This document shows positions 9,906-19,621 of a stretch of DNA of 64,000 nucleotides, one piece after another. Every line of letters begins with the position of its first letter. Within the stretch, counting starts at the first letter, position 1. A program made the position numbers and the translations under genes. This stretch comes from a virus (lineage: Duplodnaviria > Caudoviricetes). The stretch lies in the IMG/VR virus record IMGVR_UViG_3300025154_001556; one strand, 5' to 3'. Under the pieces are notes generated by a model. That model made no database searches. It was not told where the DNA came from and saw only the letters and a list, made by a program, of their open reading frames with translations.

Positions 9906-11289
9906 AATCAGGGTTAGAGACCCTGGGGTGTTGAAAGAGGTCATAATGAATGAGTTAAGGATGGAGAATCCTAAGTACGAAAGTGCCGTCAGTAATGGAC
10001 GCAGTACCTTTAAAATTCCTCCAACCTTATTTAATTTTTCAATACTTCCTGATGATAGTCTGAGTGTACCAAGGGGGTACCTTAAACGATTACAGCAGCT
10101 ACTTGTAGACTTTAATATAAAAGATTACACCATTGAAGATGAGCGGTTCATGGGCCCGTTTAATTTTGATATAGACTCCTCTAACATAAAGTTACGAGAC
10201 TATCAAATGAAGGCTATAACTAACTTAATTTCAAATGGCACTGAGGGGCTATTGTTAGCGCCAGCAGGTAGTGGAAAGACAGTTATGGGGGTAAGCCTGA
10301 TACCTATGTTAGGTCAGCAAATGCTGTGGCTTACCCATACAAAACCTCTAATGAACCAAGTCATTGAACGTGTCCAGAGCTTCTTACCTTGTTTAGGCAA
10401 AGAAGATATAGGTACAATAGGTAGTGGTAAATGGGATGTAGGAAAAGTATTTACTGCTGCAATGGTTCAAACATTGGTTCGTAATCCAATAGAAACGTAT
10501 AAATTAAAGAACCAATTTGGTATAGTTGTATTGGATGAATGCCACCATTTGCCTTGCACTACATTTACACAGGTGGTAGGATCTTTAAATCCATATTATT
10601 TGTATGGTTTAACTGCTACCCATCTAAGAAGAGACGGGATGCATAAGTTGATGTTTCAAACTATGGGGCCTATTCTACACACTGTGCCATTAGCAGATGT
10701 TAAAAAGGGTGGTAATATTATAGTACCACAAATACACTGTCGTCATATAAACTGTGTAAGTATCCACGCCCCCGACTTTGGTAACATCTTAACCGAATTA
10801 GCAAATGATGAGTGTAGAAACAACCTTATTGTAAAAGATATAGTAAACGAAGCAACACAAGGAAACATCTGTGTAGTAATTACAGAACGAAGAAATCACG
10901 CGGATATATTATTTAATAAAATTAGTAAACAATGGCCAAAAACAGGGATAGCCACAGGAAGTTACTCATCAAAAGACAACAAAACAACTTTGGAACTACT
11001 ACGTGATGCTAAGATATCTGTCTTAGTAACTACTTCTGCCTTATTGGGAGAAGGTTTTGATCATGCCCCAATAAACAGGGGATTTATTTGCCTACCTTTT
11101 AGAAATATGGTTAAAACAGAACAAGTAATAGGCAGAATACAGCGTAGTGCAAAAGATAAAGATGATGCCATCATTTATGATTATATAGATAAGCATTCTT
11201 TATTAGAGCACCAATTCAAAAATAATGGTAGTTATGGATGCAGACATAATATATACATTAAGTTGGGATGTCGCATACGAGTAGCTTGA
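9880..11289 (+). CDS. superfamily 2 DNA helicase (ResIII/UvsW-like DExH)
   Basis: Q motif LRDYQ, Walker A APAGSGKT, DECHH, GLTAT, GEGFD, QVIGRIQR. Confidence 0.92.
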   Translation: MMKITIANRIRVRDPGVLKEVIMNELRMENPKYESAVSNGRSTFKIPPTLFNFSILPDDSLSVPRGYLKRLQQLLVDFNIKDYTIEDERFMGPFNFDIDSSNIKLRDYQMKAITNLISNGTEGLLLAPAGSGKTVMGVSLIPMLGQQMLWLTHTKPLMNQVIERVQSFLPCLGKEDIGTIGSGKWDVGKVFTAAMVQTLVRNPIETYKLKNQFGIVVLDECHHLPCTTFTQVVGSLNPYYLYGLTATHLRRDGMHKLMFQTMGPILHTVPLADVKKGGNIIVPQIHCRHINCVSIHAPDFGNILTELANDECRNNLIVKDIVNEATQGNICVVITERRNHADILFNKISKQWPKTGIATGSYSSKDNKTTLELLRDAKISVLVTTSALLGEGFDHAPINRGFICLPFRNMVKTEQVIGRIQRSAKDKDDAIIYDYIDKHSLLEHQFKNNGSYGCRHNIYIKLGCRIRVA

Positions 11290-11332
11290 TGGGGTAGTGA
11301 AGTAAGGTGTGTAAAATAGGTAAAGGACAAAC

Positions 11333-12487
11333 ATGAAATTAAATTTGAAATGTTCTTATGTTATGGATCTCAAAGCTACATTTCTCGAAGACCGTACCAT
11401 AAGAATGCCTCAAAAGTATAGAGAACTTTTAGGCTGTGATATAGGACAATTTATTGGACTAAAAACTGTTGATAATGACATTTTAAGTCTACAAGTTATG
11501 CAGGCGTTCAAAGAGGATGTAGAACAAGATGAAAACAGCGCCTATGTAACATCAGCACTATTTAACGTTTTAAATGTTGGCAATCAACATGAATATGATT
11601 TAAAAGTTGTAGACGACATTACATTAGGCTGTGACCCAGAATTTTTTCTACTTTCAGATAAAAAAGTGGTACCAGCTAATAGATACTTCAATAAGCATAA
11701 TCCTGTTGGTAGTGACGGCATGTTAGCAGAGATAAGACCTGCCCCAAGTATAGATGAACATGTGGTTGTAAACAACATAAGAAAGCAATTGATAGAAGCC
11801 AGATCACATATAAACAAAAGAGGACATGAGCATATAAAACTATATGCAGCCTCAGGTTATGGCGGTTTAACTGCTGGGTTTCATTTACATTTTGGTTTAC
11901 CAAACAGTTTATTAGGAAATACTGATATAAAAAAACCTGTTATTGAACAAATAGTTAGGGTACTTGATTACTATGTAGGTATGCCTTGTGTTTTACAAGA
12001 AGGTATAGAAGATAGTCAAAGAAGGTGTGCCACGTTTGTGCCCTATGGTAAAGCAGGTGATTACCGTTTAGATTACAGAACTTTGGAATATAGAGTTGTT
12101 GGCGGTGCTATGTTGAAACATCCAATATTAACAACTGGTTTATTATCTTTGGGTGCCGTTGTTATAGAAGACATAGTAAGCAGAATAAAATTATGTACTG
12201 ACGATTTTGCAAACTTTTCTTTCATCAATAATGATTTAAATTTAAATAAATTATATCCAAACGTACCATCAAACCACGAGTTAATTGAGTTGGTAGGTGT
12301 TCCTGGTACAGAAGGGGTCACCAGACACATAGATAAAATAGTTACCGACGTGGGTAAGATGGTGGGTTTTCATAAAAGAAGTGCGGCAATTGAGCAATTT
12401 TTAATAAACCTACAAAATAAGTTTAGTCACAGTATAGATGATAATTGGTTACTTAACAGTAATAAATTATACTATAATGGGCTATAA
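11333..12487 (+). CDS. phiEco32-like COOH-NH2 ligase type 2 (copy 1)
   Basis: TLGCDPEFFL, GSDGMLAEIRP, AGFHLHFG, YGKAGDYR, LEYR. Confidence 0.85.
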   Translation: MKLNLKCSYVMDLKATFLEDRTIRMPQKYRELLGCDIGQFIGLKTVDNDILSLQVMQAFKEDVEQDENSAYVTSALFNVLNVGNQHEYDLKVVDDITLGCDPEFFLLSDKKVVPANRYFNKHNPVGSDGMLAEIRPAPSIDEHVVVNNIRKQLIEARSHINKRGHEHIKLYAASGYGGLTAGFHLHFGLPNSLLGNTDIKKPVIEQIVRVLDYYVGMPCVLQEGIEDSQRRCATFVPYGKAGDYRLDYRTLEYRVVGGAMLKHPILTTGLLSLGAVVIEDIVSRIKLCTDDFANFSFINNDLNLNKLYPNVPSNHELIELVGVPGTEGVTRHIDKIVTDVGKMVGFHKRSAAIEQFLINLQNKFSHSIDDNWLLNSNKLYYNGL

Positions 12488-12523
12488 TATTTAGTTATAT
12501 GATCATGTGTTACGGAGGAATTA

Positions 12524-14200
12524 ATGAATAACAATAAGTGGCTGTTCTTTAACAATGGTAGTAAACCAGCACTGTCAGCACAAGATGTGCGGTACTGGAA
12601 ATCTATGCTCGGCAAGATTATCAAAGTGGGCACGGAATTTGAGTTTAACTTACCGGAGAGTAAAGGGGACTGCCGTGGGGATAATAAGCTCTGTCCCTGC
12701 TCCAAATTACAGAACAGCACATGTTGGAACTGGTGTATGAACTACGAGAAATGTTCAGATAAACCAGATATTTCTCGTTGTGAATATAATGTTGAAGGCA
12801 CGTGCGACAAAGGAATTAAGACCTGCACAAATTGTGGTGATTACAAATTCCATTGCCCAAAAGAGTTCTGTTCTGGTTTTGTAAGCGCTTGTACAAACTG
12901 CGGCGGCTTTACAAAAACATGTGGCACTTGTGAATACAAGTTCGATCCGAAACACAATCCTGATCATATAAGGTCCATCGTTGATCAGGAATTAAAACCA
13001 TCACATAGTTATGGTTCAATAAGTAAATCTGGTGTCCATAGCATAACCACTGACGGTAGTTTACTCGGTAACAAAGGCATGGAGGTAATAACAATTGGCC
13101 GGAGGGTGGATTATTTCGAGTTTTATAAAATGACCAACGATATAATAGTATCAGCAGTCAAAAAGGGCGCATATGTAAATGAAAGATGCAGTATTCATAT
13201 GCATATTCTTGCAGCATACTATGCAAACTTGGTTACTGATAAAAGCGGCTCCATGGGTATACCAAACGCAGTAAGTGAACTGGAACGACCACTTCCGCAA
13301 GTGATACTGGCCAATTTTCATCAATTATGCAGAAGATACCAAAATGCAATTACCTGGATGACTATGGGCCTTACGGAAAAAGACAGATTAACCAGATGGG
13401 AGAAGTACAGAGTGTCTATTTTAGACATCAGTGCCGTTCCCCACAGCATGTACACTGTTCAGAGAATGGTCTCTGAAAATGCGGGTGGCAATAAGTATGG
13501 CTGGGTTAATTATAATTATACCAGGTTTAACAATTCCGGAGATGTAAGGCAATTACATCTTGAAATGCGCGTGTGTGACGGCCTATTATCACCAAGCGCT
13601 GTATCAGCAATAGCCTGTATGTTTTACGCCTTGATGATAAAAGCGGTAGAGATCTCCAGATACGGCGTATTGGAAGTAGGCAGCGACGAGTGGTTGGTTA
13701 ATGCCAACAGAATTAAAGAAACACTCTTGAATAACAAGAAAGGTTGGAAGGATGGTGACAGGTTCTGTAACACATCCAAGCTACACAAGTATTATGATGT
13801 CTTAATCAAAGAGTCGTTGGAGCTTGTACGTCAGCTTAAACATATATTGCTGGACATTGGGCCGGCATACGGTATTCTGGAGCAACTGGCAGAACGTCCA
13901 GCAGCTCTGAGACTAAGTAAAGGCGAAACATGGGAAGATATAGAACAAAGTTTGGTTGTTGCAGTACCGGATGAATCCGCCATAGAAGGGGCTCTCAGTA
14001 TGTATATTGATTTACGCCTCGTGAATGGAGCCAAAACCATAGAGGAGTGGGTTACTGAGGTGAGTAAAACACTTGGTAACGAGCCGGTGGAATTACCAGA
14101 GAATATAACCGCCTTTATTAAAGGCTACATAGACAATAAGTTGAAGAACGGTGAAGTACTATGGTCCGATTCTTTGGGCGCTGTTGTGCGGATATCATAA
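12524..14200 (+). CDS. putative amidoligase (glutamate-cysteine-ligase-like fold) with Cys-rich insertion
   Basis: KVGTEFEF, TDGSL..GMEVIT, CSIHMHI, YGWVNY, LEMR; 16 Cys inserted after the first motif. Confidence 0.8.
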   Translation: MNNNKWLFFNNGSKPALSAQDVRYWKSMLGKIIKVGTEFEFNLPESKGDCRGDNKLCPCSKLQNSTCWNWCMNYEKCSDKPDISRCEYNVEGTCDKGIKTCTNCGDYKFHCPKEFCSGFVSACTNCGGFTKTCGTCEYKFDPKHNPDHIRSIVDQELKPSHSYGSISKSGVHSITTDGSLLGNKGMEVITIGRRVDYFEFYKMTNDIIVSAVKKGAYVNERCSIHMHILAAYYANLVTDKSGSMGIPNAVSELERPLPQVILANFHQLCRRYQNAITWMTMGLTEKDRLTRWEKYRVSILDISAVPHSMYTVQRMVSENAGGNKYGWVNYNYTRFNNSGDVRQLHLEMRVCDGLLSPSAVSAIACMFYALMIKAVEISRYGVLEVGSDEWLVNANRIKETLLNNKKGWKDGDRFCNTSKLHKYYDVLIKESLELVRQLKHILLDIGPAYGILEQLAERPAALRLSKGETWEDIEQSLVVAVPDESAIEGALSMYIDLRLVNGAKTIEEWVTEVSKTLGNEPVELPENITAFIKGYIDNKLKNGEVLWSDSLGAVVRIS

Positions 14201-14212
14201 AGGAGTGAGACG

Positions 14213-15004
14213 ATGGGTTCAATTTTCGGACTGGCACTAACAAAAAATAATCACGTAAGGAATAAAACACTCGTAAGAAGTATTCTTTACTCGCTAATGT
14301 TGTCAGCCAAACAGGCTAAGGCGGAATCAGTCGGTTTGGCTTTGACAACAGACACTGGTGTAACTTTGATAAGAAAAGCTTGTGACGCAAAGGCTTTTTT
14401 TGACGATCCTTCAATTTCAAAGATTATCGATGAGTCGTTGTGTGTAGACGCTTCTTCAAAAAAATTACTTTCCGTGTTGGGGCATTGCCACACAGGTAAA
14501 GGAAATGAATCTATTGAATTGGAAGATATACATCCCGTACATCGAGATCGTGTTGTGGGAGCTTATTCCGGGTATATTTTTAATCCGGACGAAATTACAC
14601 GACCATTCAGTATAAAACGTAACGGCACGTATTCAGGTGAATTATTTTTCAGTTTAATATCCAGTTTATATAAAAAATATAAGCCCACTGTAAAATCACC
14701 ATTTACCATGGCCATGGAAGAAGCAGCTGAGACAGCGGTAGGCCCCTTAGCTGCAGCCTGTATGTGTACTGACAACCCACACATGTTGTGGCTTGCAAAA
14801 ACAAATTTATCCATATCGGTAAGAAATTACTATGAAACTGGTATGATATTATTTGCTGAATCAGATCTTTACTTGACCAGCGCGACTGTGGCATGGAGTT
14901 TAGGTGCCTATGAAATAATTCCTTTTGTACCTGACTCAATTTTAGGTATTGATTTGTTCTACAATGCCGTAGTTAGAAAAAAAGTGAATGCCAGAATCAT
15001 CTAG
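14213..15004 (+). CDS. class II glutamine amidotransferase-like (Ntn) protein, probably catalytically inactive
   Basis: MGSIFG start (no Cys2), VLGHCHT, HP..DRVVGAYSGYIFN parallel the GATase II pattern. Confidence 0.6.
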   Translation: MGSIFGLALTKNNHVRNKTLVRSILYSLMLSAKQAKAESVGLALTTDTGVTLIRKACDAKAFFDDPSISKIIDESLCVDASSKKLLSVLGHCHTGKGNESIELEDIHPVHRDRVVGAYSGYIFNPDEITRPFSIKRNGTYSGELFFSLISSLYKKYKPTVKSPFTMAMEEAAETAVGPLAAACMCTDNPHMLWLAKTNLSISVRNYYETGMILFAESDLYLTSATVAWSLGAYEIIPFVPDSILGIDLFYNAVVRKKVNARII

Positions 15005-15018
15005 TATAAGGAGAGTCC

Positions 15019-16380
15019 ATGTTAACCACAAGACAGATATATGAATTGAATCAGCTGTCTGATCAAGAAGATTTTAGCAGAGTAATTACTAAGATTAATT
15101 GTAACGGATTGCCTGTGGGTACGCCGTTTATAATGAGAAACTCAGATTTGGCAGTAACAACAGCAGAAAGGGATTATGGCATTATAATCATGAATCCTTG
15201 TCCAGTGGGGCAAGACTATCGATGCAATACTCTTGCAGAGGTAGCAGCAGAGGCAGTGACGGTAACCTCAGAGCCGTCTTTTCTGCATCTACACTATACA
15301 AAAGTGTCTAGCGACGCCAGTGTAACGGAGGATTTTACTGAGGCCTTTAATCACGCCTTAGCTGGAGGCGCGGCGACTGTATTTTTCAAAGATGTTCCAG
15401 CCGCTAACAAGGTTTTGTGTAATTTAATACCAGAATTCGCCGTGAAGTTTAAATATAATGGTATGCTTAGAACAAACGCTTTATCCTCTTCCGAAAAAAC
15501 AGAAAAAACAGTGCTTATGGTACAGTACTTTCATCCTAAACACTGTTGTGCAATATACTACACAGATAAAGTGGATGGTGTAATAATGAGCATATCCATG
15601 ATAATGCCAGAAATATCGGCAGCAAAAAATGCAGTCATACGGCCTATGTATATGTCGTTGTTTATAAGTAATTACCTCGACAATATAGTGTCTCTTGATG
15701 GTACAAAAATAACCTCGATCACCCCACTCATTTGCAATTATTACCATAAGTTTGTAAATGACTGTGGTTCTTCTATGGTAAGTGCGGCCAAACCAATAAA
15801 AAAGCAAACTCCAATTGCCGAAAAACGGCGAGCTATGGATGCGCTTGCTGATAGGATAGGTGTGTCAAGAACACCTAACCTAACTAAAACAGGCACAATA
15901 GATGCCGCCGACGTGCATTCTCTAAGTGGTAAAAAGTCTGTTTTCACTGTCAGCACGTCTGGCGCCTCATTGGATACCTTGAATACTTCATTTGCCGCAG
16001 CAGGAATTGATACAAACATCAACGCTGAATCAGTGGATAATACACATAAACCAGCTTATTCGCAATTTAAAGATGAGGTAAAAGGCAGTAGAGATGCTAC
16101 AGGCATTACTTACTATAAGGATGTCGTAGACGCGCCGGCACCTGAAATGGACATGGACTGGGAGTACATCAGAAAAAAAAGTACTCGTTGGGCTATGGAA
16201 GCGTTTTCTTTGCCCACCTCCAAAAGTGCCGTAGAAGAGGTGGCTAATTTTTTCGATGGTGATGATGATAGCGCCTACCCCACCAGCCCATCACTGAAAA
16301 AACCAAAAGTAAAAGGGAAAAAAGAGACTTACACTGTGGCGGTACCACCGCCAAAGGTTGTAAATGACTTAGATATTTAA
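15019..16380 (+). CDS. hypothetical protein
   Basis: 453 aa ORF, AGGAG RBS; low-complexity C-terminal third. Confidence 0.7.
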   Translation: MLTTRQIYELNQLSDQEDFSRVITKINCNGLPVGTPFIMRNSDLAVTTAERDYGIIIMNPCPVGQDYRCNTLAEVAAEAVTVTSEPSFLHLHYTKVSSDASVTEDFTEAFNHALAGGAATVFFKDVPAANKVLCNLIPEFAVKFKYNGMLRTNALSSSEKTEKTVLMVQYFHPKHCCAIYYTDKVDGVIMSISMIMPEISAAKNAVIRPMYMSLFISNYLDNIVSLDGTKITSITPLICNYYHKFVNDCGSSMVSAAKPIKKQTPIAEKRRAMDALADRIGVSRTPNLTKTGTIDAADVHSLSGKKSVFTVSTSGASLDTLNTSFAAAGIDTNINAESVDNTHKPAYSQFKDEVKGSRDATGITYYKDVVDAPAPEMDMDWEYIRKKSTRWAMEAFSLPTSKSAVEEVANFFDGDDDSAYPTSPSLKKPKVKGKKETYTVAVPPPKVVNDLDI

Positions 16381-16430
16381 GAATAAAGGGTACTTCAAGA
16401 TTAACCACTAATGTGGAGGATAATATATTT

Positions 16431-18287
16431 ATGTGCGGTATTATAGGTGCGGCCATTTTCGGCCCTAAAGCAGATAAAAATGAGGAAACAGCCAGACAGA
16501 AATCAATGATCTATCTGGTAACTCAATTGCTGCAAGAAACCAAAGTACGTGGTGAGGACGCAACTGGCATCGCCACATTATTCAGAAATGGCCTCTATAC
16601 CGGCTTGAAAATGGGAGTAGATTCTGAAGTATTTACGACACGGTATGGCAACGGGGAGGAAAACTACGAAGGCTACCTTCGCAGATGGCAATTAAACGCC
16701 AATCCAGCAGTAATGTGCCTTGGACATTGCCGTAAATCGTCCGTAGGTGGTAATTGGGATAATAAAAACAATCATCCCATACGTGTGCGAGACACAATAG
16801 GTGTGCATAATGGTACACTGAAAAACCATAATCAAATTTTTCAACAATTACAGTCTGGAAGAGACGGTACGGTGGACAGTGAAGCAATCATTCGTCTTCT
16901 TGGGCATTATTCCCAGAATGGGGCAGAGCCATTTACCACAAAAATGATTGATGAAGTAACCAGAAGACTGGATGGTACCTTTGCGGTGCTGGCATTTAAC
17001 GGTAATAATCCGTTCCAATTGGTTACTTTTAGAGATGGTAGACCAATGGAGTATGCTTTAATCAAGCCATTGAATATGCTGCTGGTTGCTTCGGAGCAAA
17101 AGTTCCTCAAGAGAGTCTTGATGGAATATAATAATATGGCCCGGTTGTACTCATTCAAAGAGTTTAAACCAATAATCGCCTCTGATGTAGAATTTGAGAT
17201 GTTAAGACATAATGGCCAGGCCATTTTTGATCTTACGCGGGAAGTAACAGACAAGACAAAAATCTTTGACTTATGTGAACTGGAAAATTTGCCGGTAGCA
17301 AAAATATGGAAGGTAGGTACAAAACCGCCGGAACATAACGTAAGTAGCGGCAATTTAACGACCAAATATAACGATGCGGTTAAACAGACACATCATCACA
17401 GTGGACATACAGAACAAAAGGCAAAGCCGGCAATCAGCTTGAAGGGTAAAGCAGGCTTTATCTGGATAAAGTCTTTAAAAGAATACAGGTGCGCTACCGA
17501 ATTTGGTAGCAGTGATCCGACTGTCGAAGAGGATAAAAAAACATTCGATCTGGATGTAGAGATTGAGACTTCTAAGGCTACTATTACAGTAGAGCCATCG
17601 CCAGTGCTTGGTGGAAATGTAGCGTTTACCGGCAAATTGAAGGAAACTGACAACGTGGAGAATCTGGTAAGTAATCCAGTGAAAGTACAGGATTTGTCTC
17701 CCGCAGCTGCCGGAAAAGCCGCCGATAAGGACAAAAATACCAAAACTGTTGATATGACAGTAGATCCCACGGCATTAGAAGAGGCAAACGAGGCGAGTAA
17801 AAACCTACCAACTCTGGAAAGTGATGAGGATGTTGGCGCAGCCTTGGAAATAGCTGATTTAAGGTCTTTACAAGCCTTACCGCTTCCGGCATTATGCAAC
17901 AGGGTACGAAGGAGTGCCTTTAAAAAGGGCTACTATGATGGCATGTTAAAAGCATATGAGTTGTTGGAGGTCTATACTGCACCTGTAAACCCGGTGGAAG
18001 AGCATACTAAAGATAAAATGGAACAAAAGCTTTTAAAAGCGCAGAAGCAGATAAGACTTTTAAAAGTAGTAATCCATTTGTTTTCAAAACTGGTAGACTC
18101 TTTGAAAAAGAATACCACCGGCACTATGTTTATGCGTATGACACAAGCAACGAACAAATTAGGCCTCGTAGCAGCGAAACAAGGGCTTACTCAGGAAGGG
18201 TTTGACAAATTGTTTACGCAGGGAGATTTACGAAGCAACGATAATCTTATAGCATTGAAAAATGCCATTGGCGATGAGGAGGAGTAG
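16431..18287 (+). CDS. class II glutamine amidotransferase (Ntn hydrolase) with long C-terminal extension
   Basis: MCGIIG start, RGEDATG, GHCRKSSVG, NNHPI, GVHNGTLKN, VDSEAI, RDGRPM. Confidence 0.9.
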   Translation: MCGIIGAAIFGPKADKNEETARQKSMIYLVTQLLQETKVRGEDATGIATLFRNGLYTGLKMGVDSEVFTTRYGNGEENYEGYLRRWQLNANPAVMCLGHCRKSSVGGNWDNKNNHPIRVRDTIGVHNGTLKNHNQIFQQLQSGRDGTVDSEAIIRLLGHYSQNGAEPFTTKMIDEVTRRLDGTFAVLAFNGNNPFQLVTFRDGRPMEYALIKPLNMLLVASEQKFLKRVLMEYNNMARLYSFKEFKPIIASDVEFEMLRHNGQAIFDLTREVTDKTKIFDLCELENLPVAKIWKVGTKPPEHNVSSGNLTTKYNDAVKQTHHHSGHTEQKAKPAISLKGKAGFIWIKSLKEYRCATEFGSSDPTVEEDKKTFDLDVEIETSKATITVEPSPVLGGNVAFTGKLKETDNVENLVSNPVKVQDLSPAAAGKAADKDKNTKTVDMTVDPTALEEANEASKNLPTLESDEDVGAALEIADLRSLQALPLPALCNRVRRSAFKKGYYDGMLKAYELLEVYTAPVNPVEEHTKDKMEQKLLKAQKQIRLLKVVIHLFSKLVDSLKKNTTGTMFMRMTQATNKLGLVAAKQGLTQEGFDKLFTQGDLRSNDNLIALKNAIGDEEE

Positions 18288-18292
18288 GTCGA

Positions 18293-19606
18293 ATGGTAAA
18301 TAAAAGTAGCCTAGTACTCATGGTGTCGCCCCAAATGGATAACAACAAGAAGGAAGACCGTAACGAGCACGGCCTTGTAAGAATGACTGCAAAAACACGA
18401 GCGTTGATGGGATTCAAGGAAGATACTGTTGAGCTCTGGAATGGAGAGTCAGATCTTACGAGAATAAAGTCCTCAACTGTGTTATCTATCTTTAAAGCTT
18501 TCTCCGCCGATATAGCGGCAGCGAAAGCTCTTGTAGAGAAGGGGGAACTTGACAAAGAGGCCATTTATAACGTAGCCTTTGTTACCACAAGAACATATCA
18601 ACGTATAATGGCTGACCACAAAAATGACAAGAACATATGGGTTACCGATGGTGTTGCTGACACCGTAATAGGTGCCGACCCAGAGTTTTTGTTGTTTACC
18701 AAAGAAGGGCTTGTAAGACATGCCAACAGTATAGCCCATCTCAAAAAAGATGGTTTAATAGGATTTGATGGGGCAATGGCAGAAATACGCCCTGATCCTG
18801 CTGTAACACCAGAGGGTTTGGTAAAGAGTATAAGTAGCATATTCCATAATGATGCATACACCAAACCCATCATGGACTTTGATTGGAAAAGTGGCGTTTA
18901 TCATAAGGACAAAAACCGCGATTACCCAATAGGTGGACACATCCATATTGGCAATCCCGCAAAGGTTGCAAGAATTTCTGCAGACGAAAGAGAGTTGTTT
19001 TTCAGAGTATTGAATAAAATTCTTGATGAGTTGTTGTCGTTGCCGATGATGCGCCTTGATGGGGAGGCTGGAACCCAACGCAGAACCAAATGCCAAATGG
19101 GTAACTACGGCTACTTTGGGGCCTATCGAGTACATGATGGTCGGTTGGAGTATCGAACTCTTTCCGGTTTATGGTTGGCCCACCCAACGCTTACAAAAAT
19201 AGTCATGGGCGTGGCCAAAGCAATAATTGATGACGTATATTACAAGGTTTATGAAAATCAGTTTGCAATGTCGTATATGTGCCCTAACAAATTTAAAGGG
19301 GTAAATGTATTAAAAGCAGACTTTGATTCATGGGATGGTATCCCCTTAGCCAAGGATATTGGCTGTGTAAGAACCTCCAAAGTAATGTTTGATTTAATCA
19401 ATAAATCAGACGCAAAAATTGTTGACAAAGCATTTGTTACCGACTGGTATACTACCATGCGAGGCCTATCTTCTTACGAAAAATATCGAAGATATATAGA
19501 TGATTTAAAAACACTGCTTTCTCGTCCTCTAAAAGAGCTGCAAAATATCAATACAGATATTAAAGCAGGTTGGCTGGACGGTGAAGAATTTTCAATTAAA
19601 CTTTAA
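18293..19606 (+). CDS. phiEco32-like COOH-NH2 ligase type 2 (copy 2)
   Basis: IGADPEFLL, GFDGAMAEIRP, IGGHIHIG, YGYFGAYR, LEYRTLSG. Confidence 0.85.
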   Translation: MVNKSSLVLMVSPQMDNNKKEDRNEHGLVRMTAKTRALMGFKEDTVELWNGESDLTRIKSSTVLSIFKAFSADIAAAKALVEKGELDKEAIYNVAFVTTRTYQRIMADHKNDKNIWVTDGVADTVIGADPEFLLFTKEGLVRHANSIAHLKKDGLIGFDGAMAEIRPDPAVTPEGLVKSISSIFHNDAYTKPIMDFDWKSGVYHKDKNRDYPIGGHIHIGNPAKVARISADERELFFRVLNKILDELLSLPMMRLDGEAGTQRRTKCQMGNYGYFGAYRVHDGRLEYRTLSGLWLAHPTLTKIVMGVAKAIIDDVYYKVYENQFAMSYMCPNKFKGVNVLKADFDSWDGIPLAKDIGCVRTSKVMFDLINKSDAKIVDKAFVTDWYTTMRGLSSYEKYRRYIDDLKTLLSRPLKELQNINTDIKAGWLDGEEFSIKL

Positions 19607-19621
19607 CAAGAGGTAAAAAAC

